A stretch of DNA of 49,826 nt from Treponema sp. GTDB lineage: Bacteria > Spirochaetota > Spirochaetia > Treponematales > Treponemataceae. The notes under the pieces were generated by a model. The model did not search any database and was not told the DNA's origin. It worked only from the letters and a program-made list of their open reading frames with translations. Shown one piece after another: positions 37,378-46,565 of the stretch (its first letter is position 1; the number at the start of each line of letters is the position of its first letter). The stretch is from assembly GCA_017450845.1 (NCBI GenBank), contig JAFSSU010000303.1, positions 1 through 49,826 of the forward strand, read 5' to 3'. The position numbers and the translations under genes were made by a program.

Positions 37378-38001
37378 ATGTTCAACAGCCTGACCGGCAT
37401 TATAACGGAAAAAGCAGTCCAGAAAATATGCCTGGACACTCACGGAATAGAGTGGGAAATCCTTTGTCCTGATAGCAGCATCCAGTCCCTGCCTCCCGTT
37501 GGCGAGACGGGGCGGGTTTATACCTGGCTTCAGCATACGGATGCCCTCATGAATCTCTATGGTTTTGTGAGCGCGGATGAACGGAATCTTTTCTTTGACC
37601 TGCTCAAGGTGGACGGCATAGGTCCTAAGGGTGCGCTCAAGATTATGGGGGCCGTCTCTTCTGCGCAGCTGGTGCGGATACTGGATGAAGGGAACCTGGA
37701 TGCCCTGCAGAAAGTGCCAGGTGTCGGCAAGAAGACTGCCGCCAAGATGCTCCTGCAGCTCAAAGGCAAGCTTACCCTTCCTGAGGGGGCGGGCGGGGCT
37801 TCCCCGGCCTCTGCCCCCAAGTCCCCGTACTCGGACGTAATCGGGGCCCTCGTTGACATGGGCCATGAGAAGCGCAGCGCGGAGCAGACTGTCGCCCGGC
37901 TCGTTGAGGAGCTTTCCAAGGACGAGTCGTTCTCCTCCCTGGGGCAGGCTCAGAAAGAAGACCTGCTTTTCCGTAAGGCCCTCGTGGAGATGGCCAGATG
38001 A
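37378..38001 (+). CDS. ruvA: Holliday junction branch migration protein RuvA
   Basis: LYGF...[13 protein letters not shown] and VPGVGKKTA HhH motifs, ALVDMG. Confidence 0.97.
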   Translation: MFNSLTGIITEKAVQKICLDTHGIEWEILCPDSSIQSLPPVGETGRVYTWLQHTDALMNLYGFVSADERNLFFDLLKVDGIGPKGALKIMGAVSSAQLVRILDEGNLDALQKVPGVGKKTAAKMLLQLKGKLTLPEGAGGASPASAPKSPYSDVIGALVDMGHEKRSAEQTVARLVEELSKDESFSSLGQAQKEDLLFRKALVEMAR

Positions 38002-39149
38002 ACAAGAGCGTGACGGCAAAAAGCGCATATTCCCGTCCCAAGGGGCAGAAGGAGGCGGAGGCGGACGACATGAACATCGTCGCCCAGCTGTCTGCCCAGG
38101 CTTCCCGGAGCCTTTCTGAGGGGGCATCCCATATCGTCCGGGCCGATGTCGCAAGCGATGATGACTCGCAGGAAGGCAGCCTCCGTCCGAGGAGCCTGAG
38201 GGAGTTCCAGGGGCAGAGCGCGATAAAGGAGAACCTTTCGGTGTTTGTCAATGCTGCCCGCGACCGTAAAGAAGCCCTTGACCACCTCTTCCTGATAGGT
38301 CCGCCCGGCTTGGGCAAGACGACGCTCGCGCAGATTACCGCCGCCGAGCTTGGCGTGGAATTCAAGGTGACGAGCGCGCCCGCGCTGGACAAGCCCAAGG
38401 ATTTGGCGGGAATTCTTTCCACCATAACGGAGCGGACGGTTTTTTTCATAGACGAGATACACAGGCTCAAGCCTGCGATAGAAGAGATGCTCTACATAGC
38501 GATGGAGGACTTTGAGCTGGACTGGGTGATAGGGCAGGGAGCCGCCGCCCGCACGGTCAGGATACCCATACCCCGCTTCACGCTCGTGGGGGCGACGACC
38601 AAGGCGGGGATGGTGTCCTCACCGCTTATCAGCCGCTTCGGAATCGTGCAGAGATTCAACTTCTATACGACTGAGGAGCTTGCCTCGATTATCAGGCGGT
38701 CAGCGGGAATCCTTAGCGTGACTGCGGATGAAGATGCCTCCATGCTGATGGCCTCCTGCTCCCGCGGTACGCCCCGCATAGCGAACCGCATACTGCGCCG
38801 GATGAGGGATTTTGCCCAGGTGGCGGGCAGCCCGGTCATAACGCGGAAAATCGTAGAGGACGGACTTGCCAGGCTTGGCATAGACTCTCTCGGGCTGGAA
38901 CGCTACGACCGCGAGATACTTTCATCCATAATAAACAATTTTTCCGGCGGTCCGGTAGGGGCTGAGACCCTTGCGATTTCAATCGGGGAAAGCCAGGACA
39001 CGCTTGAGGACTATTACGAGCCGTACCTGATACAGTGCGGCCTGCTCCAGCGGACACCCCGGGGCAGGATTGTCACCGACCGTGCATACAAGCACCTGGG
39101 AATTGAAAAGAGGGGAGGGGGAGATGAAAACCAGCGACTTTTATTTTGA
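37998..39149 (+). CDS. ruvB: Holliday junction DNA helicase RuvB
   Basis: [48 protein letters not shown]. Start may be downstream (about 38070). Confidence 0.97.
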   Translation: MNKSVTAKSAYSRPKGQKEAEADDMNIVAQLSAQASRSLSEGASHIVRADVASDDDSQEGSLRPRSLREFQGQSAIKENLSVFVNAARDRKEALDHLFLIGPPGLGKTTLAQITAAELGVEFKVTSAPALDKPKDLAGILSTITERTVFFIDEIHRLKPAIEEMLYIAMEDFELDWVIGQGAAARTVRIPIPRFTLVGATTKAGMVSSPLISRFGIVQRFNFYTTEELASIIRRSAGILSVTADEDASMLMASCSRGTPRIANRILRRMRDFAQVAGSPVITRKIVEDGLARLGIDSLGLERYDREILSSIINNFSGGPVGAETLAISIGESQDTLEDYYEPYLIQCGLLQRTPRGRIVTDRAYKHLGIEKRGGGDENQRLLF

Positions 39150-40176
39150 CTTGCCGGAAGAGCTTATCGCGCAGAAGCCCTGCACGGAACGGGGCAATGA
39201 CCGGCTGATGCTGCTCGGGAGGGAGAGCGGTGCCGTCGAGCACCACGTCATGGCCGACCTGCCTTCCCTGATAGACGACGGCACCCTGATGGTATTCAAC
39301 AACAGCCGCGTCCGCCGGAGCCGCTGCTACGGCATTCGGATTCTGGACGGCGGACAGGACGGGCGGGAACAGGAGTTCATGTTCCTGAACCAGACGGGGC
39401 CTGAAGGGGATTCCTGGAACACGATGGTCAAGGGGGCCAAGAAAGTCAAGCCGGGAGCCTGCTACCGCTTCCCGGACGGGTCGGAGGGAGAAATCCTGGA
39501 AGATGCCGGGAATGCCGGCACTGAGTTCCGTACCATACGCTTTCCATTCCGCCTGACGGAGGACTGGTTCGAGTGGAACGGCCATATACCCCTTCCTCCC
39601 TATATCAGGCGGGAGGACAGCGACATAGACAGCGAGCGTTACCAGACGGTCTATGCCAAGGAGACTGGGAGCGCGGCGTGCCCCACGGCGGGCCTGCACT
39701 TTACCGAGGAGATGCTCTCCTTGCTGAGGGCGAAGGGCGTGGAGCTGGAGTGGCTGACCCTGCACGTGGGGCTCGGAACCTTCCTGCCGGTCCGCGTGGA
39801 TGACATAGAGGAACACAAGATGCACGAGGAAGTTTATACCGTGCCCTACGATGTCGCAGACCGCATAAACAAGGCCAGGGCGGACGGGCGCAAAATCCTT
39901 GCGGTAGGAACGACGAGCGTCAGGACCCTGGAGAGCGCGAGCGATGAGAACGGCATTGTCCGTGGCGGGACGGGGCGGACAAGCATCTTCATGTACCCGG
40001 GATACCGCTTCAAGGTAGTGGACCAGATGTTCACGAATTTCCATACCCCCGAGTCCACGCTGATAATGCTGGTCAGCGCGTTCGCCGGGAGGGAGAACAT
40101 CCTGGGCGCATACAAAGCAGCCGTCCAGGAGCGTTACCGCTTCTTCTCTTATGGGGACGCGATGCTGATAAAGTGA
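39124..40176 (+). CDS. queA: S-adenosylmethionine:tRNA ribosyltransferase-isomerase QueA
   Basis: [64 protein letters not shown]. Confidence 0.97.
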   Translation: MKTSDFYFDLPEELIAQKPCTERGNDRLMLLGRESGAVEHHVMADLPSLIDDGTLMVFNNSRVRRSRCYGIRILDGGQDGREQEFMFLNQTGPEGDSWNTMVKGAKKVKPGACYRFPDGSEGEILEDAGNAGTEFRTIRFPFRLTEDWFEWNGHIPLPPYIRREDSDIDSERYQTVYAKETGSAACPTAGLHFTEEMLSLLRAKGVELEWLTLHVGLGTFLPVRVDDIEEHKMHEEVYTVPYDVADRINKARADGRKILAVGTTSVRTLESASDENGIVRGGTGRTSIFMYPGYRFKVVDQMFTNFHTPESTLIMLVSAFAGRENILGAYKAAVQERYRFFSYGDAMLIK

Positions 40177-40189
40177 TTTCGGAAAAAGC

Positions 40190-40996
40190 TCAGCTCAACT
40201 GCTTGAGGTTATATTCCAGGAGGCTCAGGAACTGGTCCTTGAGGATGGGGTGCGTTATGCTCCGGTTGAATTCCTCCTGGCTCAGTTCCTCGGCAGCGAC
40301 AAGGAAATCCGCGACGGCCCTGTCAGGAAGGGGAAGCTTGTAACCGGTGAGCTTGTTCTCCAGTTCCCTGGAACGGAACACCATTTCGCCCGTGAAAGCT
40401 ATCTTCATGTTGACGATGCGGTCATTCTCCGTGTCCACCAGAAAGACGAAGCTCGCGCCCAGCGGGGAGAGCTTGCTTTCCGGACCGATTTTCTTGAACA
40501 CGGAGACTTCCCAGTCGTTGACGGGAACCCGTATCTTGGTGATTACGAAAGACTTGGGAATCCCTGTGAACTCCCTGAATTTTATGCGCTTGGTGGAAGA
40601 CTGGCTTTTTACCTCCAGCTCCGCGTCCAGTGCGAGGAGCGGGGCATAGAGGGTTCCTTTCTGACCCTCCCTGCAAATATTCCCTGCCAGAGTCGCGATG
40701 TTCCTTATGGGTCCCGTCGCCGTTGCCTCGACGGCATCGTAGAGGACGGTGGGAATGTTCGTCCTGCCCATCGAGGCTATCTGGGCAAGCGTCACCGCAG
40801 GCCCGAAGTCCACGTACCGCTCCTTCTTGTCTATGGTCTGGAGCTCCGGGATTCCGTATGTGGACACGGCCTTGCAGTAGGGGTCTATGAATTCCGTGCA
40901 GCTGCCGACAATCCTCAGGTCGCTGACGGTCTTTATGTGATAAAAGATGTCGGCGAGATTCTTTGCGAGGAGGAACGTTCCCTTATTTTCTTCCAT
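40190..40996 (-). CDS. Xanthine dehydrogenase/CO dehydrogenase-family FAD-binding subunit (divergent)
   Basis: FGPAVTL, IRNIATLAGN, LLALDA; the first FAD motif reads VGSCTEF instead of AGGTDL. Confidence 0.85.
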   Translation of the reverse strand: MEENKGTFLLAKNLADIFYHIKTVSDLRIVGSCTEFIDPYCKAVSTYGIPELQTIDKKERYVDFGPAVTLAQIASMGRTNIPTVLYDAVEATATGPIRNIATLAGNICREGQKGTLYAPLLALDAELEVKSQSSTKRIKFREFTGIPKSFVITKIRVPVNDWEVSVFKKIGPESKLSPLGASFVFLVDTENDRIVNMKIAFTGEMVFRSRELENKLTGYKLPLPDRAVADFLVAAEELSQEEFNRSITHPILKDQFLSLLEYNLKQLS

Positions 40997-41471
40997 TTTT
41001 CTTTCCCTCCCTCTTGTGCTTGGTCGCGATCGCGAACAGGATGCCGTTTATGTAGCTGTTGCGGTCGGTGCAGCAGAAATCCAGGTCCTTTATCATCTCT
41101 ACGATTCTCTGTATGTCCGGCCTGCTGGAGGGGATGATCAGCTGGTATGCGGTCAGGATTTTGCCCGCATCGCAGTAGCCGCACAAGTTCACTCCGGCCT
41201 GCTTGAATCCCGCCATGATGTCGTTGTACTCGGGAAAACTCTTGAAGTGCTCCAGCGTGACTATGCTGGAATCCCTGATCGTCGCGACGGGGATTATGCA
41301 GGAGGGGACGGGCTTGCCGTCGATCAGGACCATGCAGTTGCCGCAGTGCCCTTCCATGCAGCCGCATTTGACCTTGTAGAGCTTCTTTTCCCTGAGCACC
41401 TGGAGCAGGGTCTCTTCCGGATCCGCGTCAAGAATCTGTGTCTCACCGTTGAGCGTCAGCGGGATTTGCAT
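40983..41471 (-). CDS. Xanthine dehydrogenase-family [2Fe-2S] subunit (CoxS-like)
   Basis: LNG, TLL.VLRE, GCMEGHCGNC...PSC, CGYC, FCCT. Confidence 0.92.
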   Translation of the reverse strand: MQIPLTLNGETQILDADPEETLLQVLREKKLYKVKCGCMEGHCGNCMVLIDGKPVPSCIIPVATIRDSSIVTLEHFKSFPEYNDIMAGFKQAGVNLCGYCDAGKILTAYQLIIPSSRPDIQRIVEMIKDLDFCCTDRNSYINGILFAIATKHKREGKKNGRK

Positions 41472-43623
41472 TCTCTGCCTCCAGTTTTTTTATCTGCTGG
41501 TATATGCTGTCATACTTCAACGGAAGAACCCCGAGCTGCGTCCCGAGGGCCTGTGACAGGGCCTGCAGGTATGCCGACGGGATGACCTGGTACACCAGCT
41601 CTCCTATTTGCTCCGGGTTCCCGTCCCCGTTCATGAACGAGATGTTTATCTCGTCACATTCCGTTTTCTTGCCCTCGGTCAGGGAGCTGAGGACTTTCTG
41701 AATTCCCAGCCGTATGGTTGCCTCCGCCGCCTGGGAATTCAGGATTTGCCCCCCGCTGATGCAGATGTGGATTTTTCGTATCCTGTCGGAGAATGTCTGT
41801 GGCTCCAGCTCCACTTCCACCGCCGCGGCCGCGAATGAGCAGGAATGGAAAGGCTCTCCCCGGAACTTCTCGCTGTCCCAGGCTTTTTTCTGCACGCTCC
41901 CGAGCTTATGCGTCACCGAGAGCGGAAGCTCTGCCTTGTCCCGCTTTTTCTTGATGCTCTCGCAGCATTTTTTGAGCAGCACGGTCATTATGCTGATGTT
42001 TGCGTACGCGCTCTCGGGTAGGAAGGGTTCGCTGCCGCTCTCAAAGTTGGAGTTTATCTTTATGCGCGATGCCTTTATGTCGAGGATGTCGGACGCAAGC
42101 CGGGTCCAGATGTCCTCTATGGAATCCGAAAGAGGGGGGCTGTGTATGACAAGGCTGCCGTCTTTTTCCAATGTCACCTCCAGCTCCTGGTCTGCCCCGT
42201 ATATCTTTGAGCCGTAATAAAACGAACCTTCATATCCTGCCGCGAAGCCTATACCCCGTATCGGAGGGACGAAGGGGGAGGGCGAGAACTTCTTGCTGGA
42301 GTCTGATTTCCTTGCGAGGCTCTCCCGGTTGTAGAAGATGTACTTGTTGTTGAAGTCGCTGGACTCGAACAGCTTGTCCATACATTCCTCTGCCTTTGGA
42401 AGCTGGAATCTGAATGGCATGCTGGCAGCCTGCCCCTCATCATCATGGCTGTTGAGGTTCAGCTTCCTTATCTCGTTGGGAAAGACGAGCGAGATGTCAG
42501 GCTTTGTGTTGAGCCGGCTTAGCAGGGCTGACATCGCGCTCTCCATGGCGAAGAACGAGGCGGAGTCGATCAGCTGCATGTCCATTGAGAGGGGAGGGGT
42601 ATTGGAAGGCGTTGCCTTCACCCGGATGCTGACGTTGTCCGCCTTGTAGCAGGATGTGGCCGCTATGGCGATGCGGTCAATTATTTCCCCGATAAAAACA
42701 TTCGTGCTGCCGGAGTCCATGGATGCCTCCAGCTTAAGGACCCTGAGCTTCCCGTTTTTGTCGGAGCCCAGCTCGGTGTGGAAGCGGATAGGCTTCATGC
42801 AGTCTATGTATTCTTCCTGCTCCTGCCTGCTGTAAGTGAGCTTTACCGGGACTTTGAGTTTGTAGGAGGCGACCGCGGCCTGGCAGGCGATAATCGAGTT
42901 GTACCAGATGCTGTTCGTTGAGCGGCCCCAGTCCTTTGTCCTGGTTACGTTGATTTTTCCCGGGGACAGGTTCAGCACCGAGGACAAATCCTCCCGCAGG
43001 TTGCTTATCCATTGCGAGGGTGAGCACACGCTCAGGCTTTCTCCGCTGAAGTTGCAGAGCACGCCGCATGTCTCGCGGTAGTTCCTGGGGCAGAGGGAGT
43101 AGGTCCAGTCATTCTGGACACGGACTTCTGCTTCCTCAAGCTCAGCGTCTATGCCTTTGCATCTGCCGCTTTCCATCGTAAAGCAGTCACCGTACTCAAT
43201 CAGCCGCTCCCATTCCCCGTTTCCGAATATTTCTTCACCGCCGGTCTCGCCGTCGTCTGTCTCTATGTAGCTTTCGATCGGGATGTCGTCATAGCTTATG
43301 CGCAGGCTGGCCATCGCCCTGTTGACGCTCTTCATGTCGGGCCCGACCAGAAGTCCGATCGGCTCACCGACGTATGAGACGTTGCCGTCGCAGAAGACCT
43401 TGATTTTCCCCTCCGCGCTGTCCAGCAGGTTGCTGCCCGGAACGTCCCGCGCCGTGATGAGCACGCAGCCTTCCACAACCTCGTCCTGGCTTATGGAGGT
43501 TATCATTCCCCTGTCCACGGGGCTCCGTACGGTGACGGCGTAGAACATGCCCTTCAGGGAGAGGTCGCTGCAAAAATCGTTCCTGAAGGTGATTGCCGCT
43601 GCCCCCTCCTTGTCCTTAGGCAT
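41443..43623 (-). CDS. Xanthine dehydrogenase-family large subunit with degenerate Moco-binding motifs
   Basis: Scaffold motifs retained: VRSP..RG.I, ITARDVPG.N, V.YVGEPI, PVKL...R.E, FAME, RGIG.A, EVEL, IGE. Gly-rich Moco loops are absent. Confidence 0.85.
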   Translation of the reverse strand: MPKDKEGAAAITFRNDFCSDLSLKGMFYAVTVRSPVDRGMITSISQDEVVEGCVLITARDVPGSNLLDSAEGKIKVFCDGNVSYVGEPIGLLVGPDMKSVNRAMASLRISYDDIPIESYIETDDGETGGEEIFGNGEWERLIEYGDCFTMESGRCKGIDAELEEAEVRVQNDWTYSLCPRNYRETCGVLCNFSGESLSVCSPSQWISNLREDLSSVLNLSPGKINVTRTKDWGRSTNSIWYNSIIACQAAVASYKLKVPVKLTYSRQEQEEYIDCMKPIRFHTELGSDKNGKLRVLKLEASMDSGSTNVFIGEIIDRIAIAATSCYKADNVSIRVKATPSNTPPLSMDMQLIDSASFFAMESAMSALLSRLNTKPDISLVFPNEIRKLNLNSHDDEGQAASMPFRFQLPKAEECMDKLFESSDFNNKYIFYNRESLARKSDSSKKFSPSPFVPPIRGIGFAAGYEGSFYYGSKIYGADQELEVTLEKDGSLVIHSPPLSDSIEDIWTRLASDILDIKASRIKINSNFESGSEPFLPESAYANISIMTVLLKKCCESIKKKRDKAELPLSVTHKLGSVQKKAWDSEKFRGEPFHSCSFAAAAVEVELEPQTFSDRIRKIHICISGGQILNSQAAEATIRLGIQKVLSSLTEGKKTECDEINISFMNGDGNPEQIGELVYQVIPSAYLQALSQALGTQLGVLPLKYDSIYQQIKKLEAENANPADAQR

Positions 43624-44803
43624 GGTAGCTCTCCCCTATCTGCTTTATCGTGCCAATCACGAACGAGATGTCCTCTTCCGTCATGTCGGGGAAGAGGGGA
43701 ATAGATATGGTCTCGTTGTAATGCTGCTCAGCGTTGGGGAAGTGCGCCGCATCGAATCCCTCGTAGAGCTTGTTCCAGTAGCTGAAGTGGAAAACCGGGA
43801 TGAAGTGGACGGATATGCCCACTCCCCGTTTCTGAAGCTCCTGCGCGAATGTGTTCCTGTCGCAGCGGAGCTTGGTCAGGTCCAGGCGCATCAGGAAGAG
43901 GTGCCATGAGTTGCCCTCGCCGTCCGGCGGCAGCTTGATGAAATCAAGCTTTCCCAGCTCGGCCTTATACTTCTCGACGTGCTCCTTGCGCTTCCTGTCA
44001 AACTCGTCCGCCTTCGCCAGCTGCACCCTTCCTATGGCCGCAAGGATGTCGGGGAGATTGTACTTGTAGCCGGGGGCGATGATGTCGTATTCCCACGAGG
44101 CTTTGGGCGAGGTGTAGCGGTCCCAGGTCGTCCTGTCCATCCCGTGCATCCGCATGACGGTCATGCGCCTGGCAAGCGCGTCGTCGTTCGTGGTGACCAT
44201 GCCGCCCTCGCCGGTCGTAATCGTCTTGGTCACATAGAAGGAGAACACGCCCGCGTCGCCTATGACTCCCGCGTAGCCCATGCTGGTCTTGCTGGGGAAG
44301 GAGTGGGCCGCGTCCTCTATGACCCTGACCCCGTATTTCCTGGCGAGCCTCATTATCGCGTCCATGTCGCAGACGTTCCCCGCTATGTGCACGGGGACAA
44401 TGGCGACGACATTCTTGCCGCGCGGGCTTTCCAGTATCTCCTCTATCTTTGCAGGATCAATCGAATAGCTGTCTTTCTCTATGTCGGCGAAGTACACGTC
44501 GGCACCGAGCAGGCGGGCACAGGCCGCCGTGGAGACGAAGGTGTAGGGGGTCGTTATGACGGCCTTGCCGGGGCCGACCCCGCATGCTTCCATCGCGAGC
44601 ACCATGCCGCTCGTGTTGCTGTTGACGGCAAGCGCGTGCTTTGCCTCTACTTTCGCGGCGAATTCTTTTTCGAACGAGAGTGCTTCCTTTCCTGTCGTGA
44701 GCCAGCCGCTCCTCAGGACCCTGAGCGCGGCCTCCTCTTCTTCTGTTCCTATCGAGGCCCTGAAGAATGGGACTTTCAGAGCGTTTCCTGTGTTGTCTGC
44801 CAT
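43616..44803 (-). CDS. DegT/DnrJ/EryC1/StrS-family PLP-dependent sugar aminotransferase
   Basis: SGWLTTG, TFVST, PVHIAG, IEDAAH, FSFYVTKTITTGEGG (catalytic Lys present), GYKYN, SIPLFP. Confidence 0.95.
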   Translation of the reverse strand: MADNTGNALKVPFFRASIGTEEEEAALRVLRSGWLTTGKEALSFEKEFAAKVEAKHALAVNSNTSGMVLAMEACGVGPGKAVITTPYTFVSTAACARLLGADVYFADIEKDSYSIDPAKIEEILESPRGKNVVAIVPVHIAGNVCDMDAIMRLARKYGVRVIEDAAHSFPSKTSMGYAGVIGDAGVFSFYVTKTITTGEGGMVTTNDDALARRMTVMRMHGMDRTTWDRYTSPKASWEYDIIAPGYKYNLPDILAAIGRVQLAKADEFDRKRKEHVEKYKAELGKLDFIKLPPDGEGNSWHLFLMRLDLTKLRCDRNTFAQELQKRGVGISVHFIPVFHFSYWNKLYEGFDAAHFPNAEQHYNETISIPLFPDMTEEDISFVIGTIKQIGESYHA

Positions 44804-46332
44804 TATAAAACCACCTTGACTGAATTTGACATGTTGACCACCTTGCCGTCCTGCTCCTGAGCCTTGTAAAAATCATCGAGCGTGGGGACGGCGGAGCGCA
44901 GGAGCCTCAATAGCTCGTCCTTGTTCCGGTACAGGTTTTCCTTGCCGGGGGTATACGTGCATATCGGGGCAAGGCTTTCCACGAGCCGGGAAAGGCCGAA
45001 GGTCCGGGGCGGTATGTTCGTCAGCCTGAGGATTTTCTGGTAGTCCGTCGGCTGGGGCTTCTCCTCGTCAAGCCAGAGGGGCTCCACGAGCCGCTCCCCG
45101 GGCCGGGTCCCGATGAACTTGATGTCTATGTCCTCGTATGGCTCGAAGCCCGCGAAGCGGATTATCTGCTCGGCGAGGTCGAGTATCTTTATGGGCTCTC
45201 CCATGTCCAGCAGGTATGACGCTCCGTTCACGCCGACCCCGCCCGTCTGAAGTACGAGCGAGCATGCCTCGGGAATAGTCATGAAGAAGCGCTCCATGTC
45301 GCGGTCAGTGACGGTGACGGGGCCTCCGTTCTGGATTTGCTCCATGAAAATCGGCAGGATGGACCCGCGCGAGCCCAGGACGTTGCCGAAGCGGACGAAC
45401 ATGAACGACTGGCCGTCTTTTACCCTGCCGGCCGCATCGTTGACGAGCTTCTCGCAGAGCATCTTGCTGACCCCGTAGACGCTCACGGGGTCCACCGCCT
45501 TGTCCGTGGAGATGAGGACGAAGCGGCTTGTCCCGGCCTCAAGGGCGGCATCCAGCAGGTTCTTTGTTCCGAAGACGTTGTTCTCGATCGAGGCGACCGG
45601 GTTCTCCTCCATCATCGGGACATGCTTGTAGGCCGCGCAGTGGAAGATGACGTCGGCATGGGTCTTGGAGACGATGTACTTCATGTATTCCCGGTCCTTC
45701 ATGTCGCCGATTATCGGGACGACCGAGGCCTTCTCGCCCACGCCCTCGTTCTGCAGGATGTGCAGCTCGCGGTAGATGCCGACTATCGAATTCTCCCCGT
45801 GGCCGAAGAGGTAAATGCGCTCGCAGCCGCCGGACAGGAGCTGGCGAGACAGCTCCGAGCCGATTGACCCGCCCGCCCCGGTGATGAGGACCCGCTTGCC
45901 CTTCAGGTATGCGAGGCTCTCGTGCAGGGGGATGATAATCGGCGTGCGGCCCAGGATGTCCAGGGGGTTGATGTCCCGGGCCTGGATCAGGTGGGCCTTG
46001 CCGTCTATGACCTGGCTTATGGACGGCAGGATTTTGATGCGGAAAAAGCCGCCTTCCTTGAGCGAGTTGTAGATGGACCGGATCCGCTCGCTGCTCGCGC
46101 TCGGAATGGCGATGATCGCCTTGTCTATCGCCGTCACCCTGAGCAGGGGGGCCACCTCGTCAATCGGCCCCAGAACCGGGATGCCGTCTATCTTTGTGCC
46201 GATGAGCTTCTTGTCGTCGTCCAGGAAGGCCGCGACATGGCCGAAAATTCCCTTGCGTATCAGGTCCTTGGCAATCATCTGCCCGGCAAAGCCTGCCCCG
46301 ATGATGTACAGGTGTGTCTCTACTTTGTCCAT
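44803..46332 (-). CDS. CapD/PglF-like nucleotide-sugar 4,6-dehydratase lacking N-terminal TM helices
   Basis: IIGAG, FLDDD, ITGAGGSIGSEL, HCAAYKHVP, ISTDKAV, YGVSK, VRFGNVLGSRGS, RPGE. Confidence 0.95.
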   Translation of the reverse strand: MDKVETHLYIIGAGFAGQMIAKDLIRKGIFGHVAAFLDDDKKLIGTKIDGIPVLGPIDEVAPLLRVTAIDKAIIAIPSASSERIRSIYNSLKEGGFFRIKILPSISQVIDGKAHLIQARDINPLDILGRTPIIIPLHESLAYLKGKRVLITGAGGSIGSELSRQLLSGGCERIYLFGHGENSIVGIYRELHILQNEGVGEKASVVPIIGDMKDREYMKYIVSKTHADVIFHCAAYKHVPMMEENPVASIENNVFGTKNLLDAALEAGTSRFVLISTDKAVDPVSVYGVSKMLCEKLVNDAAGRVKDGQSFMFVRFGNVLGSRGSILPIFMEQIQNGGPVTVTDRDMERFFMTIPEACSLVLQTGGVGVNGASYLLDMGEPIKILDLAEQIIRFAGFEPYEDIDIKFIGTRPGERLVEPLWLDEEKPQPTDYQKILRLTNIPPRTFGLSRLVESLAPICTYTPGKENLYRNKDELLRLLRSAVPTLDDFYKAQEQDGKVVNMSNSVKVVL

Positions 46333-46361
46333 TCTATCCCCGTTTTTCCCACGTTCCTACC

Positions 46362-46390
46362 ATAGTAGCACAGATTACGGGCGGTTGCAA
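46362..46390 (-). promoter_or_regulatory. Promoter of the capD-degT-xdh-like operon
   Basis: Minus strand TTGCAA (46390-46385), 17 bp, TACTAT (46367-46362) with an extended -10 TGn. Confidence 0.65.
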
Positions 46391-46437
46391 GCTGTCGCGA
46401 AGGCATGGCTTTGGGGCGTAGCCAGTCCCTCCCTTCG

Positions 46438-46544
46438 TTTTCACCCGGGCGGGTGCGACTTTTCACCCGGGCGGGTGAGTCCTTTCACCCGGGCGGGTGA
46501 GTCCTTTCACCCGGACAGGTGAGGCTTTTCACCCGGACGGGTGA
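46438..46544. repeat. Tandem array of five 22-bp units, each with a 16-bp palindrome TCACCCG-GR-CGGGTGA
   Basis: Palindromes start at 46441, 46463, 46485, 46507 and 46529; 6-bp linkers GACTTT, GTCCTT, GTCCTT, GGCTTT. Confidence 0.97.
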
Positions 46545-46565
46545 GGAGCGTGCGCAAGACCTCCC

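Noticed and set aside
40190-43623. XDH-like genes as pseudogenes, or as a purine/queuosine pathway linked to queA
   Set aside because: All three frames are open, near full length and coupled. queA is convergent and belongs to a different transcription unit.
43616-44803. E1-type 3-dehydrase (AscC/RfbH) using the FAD/Fe-S subunits as an E3-like reductase
   Set aside because: The PLP-binding Lys is retained (SFYVTK) rather than replaced by His, and no Fe-S Cys motif is visible, so it reads as an ordinary aminotransferase.
46438-46544. CRISPR array
   Set aside because: Linkers are only 6 bp and near-identical; there are no unique spacers and no cas genes.
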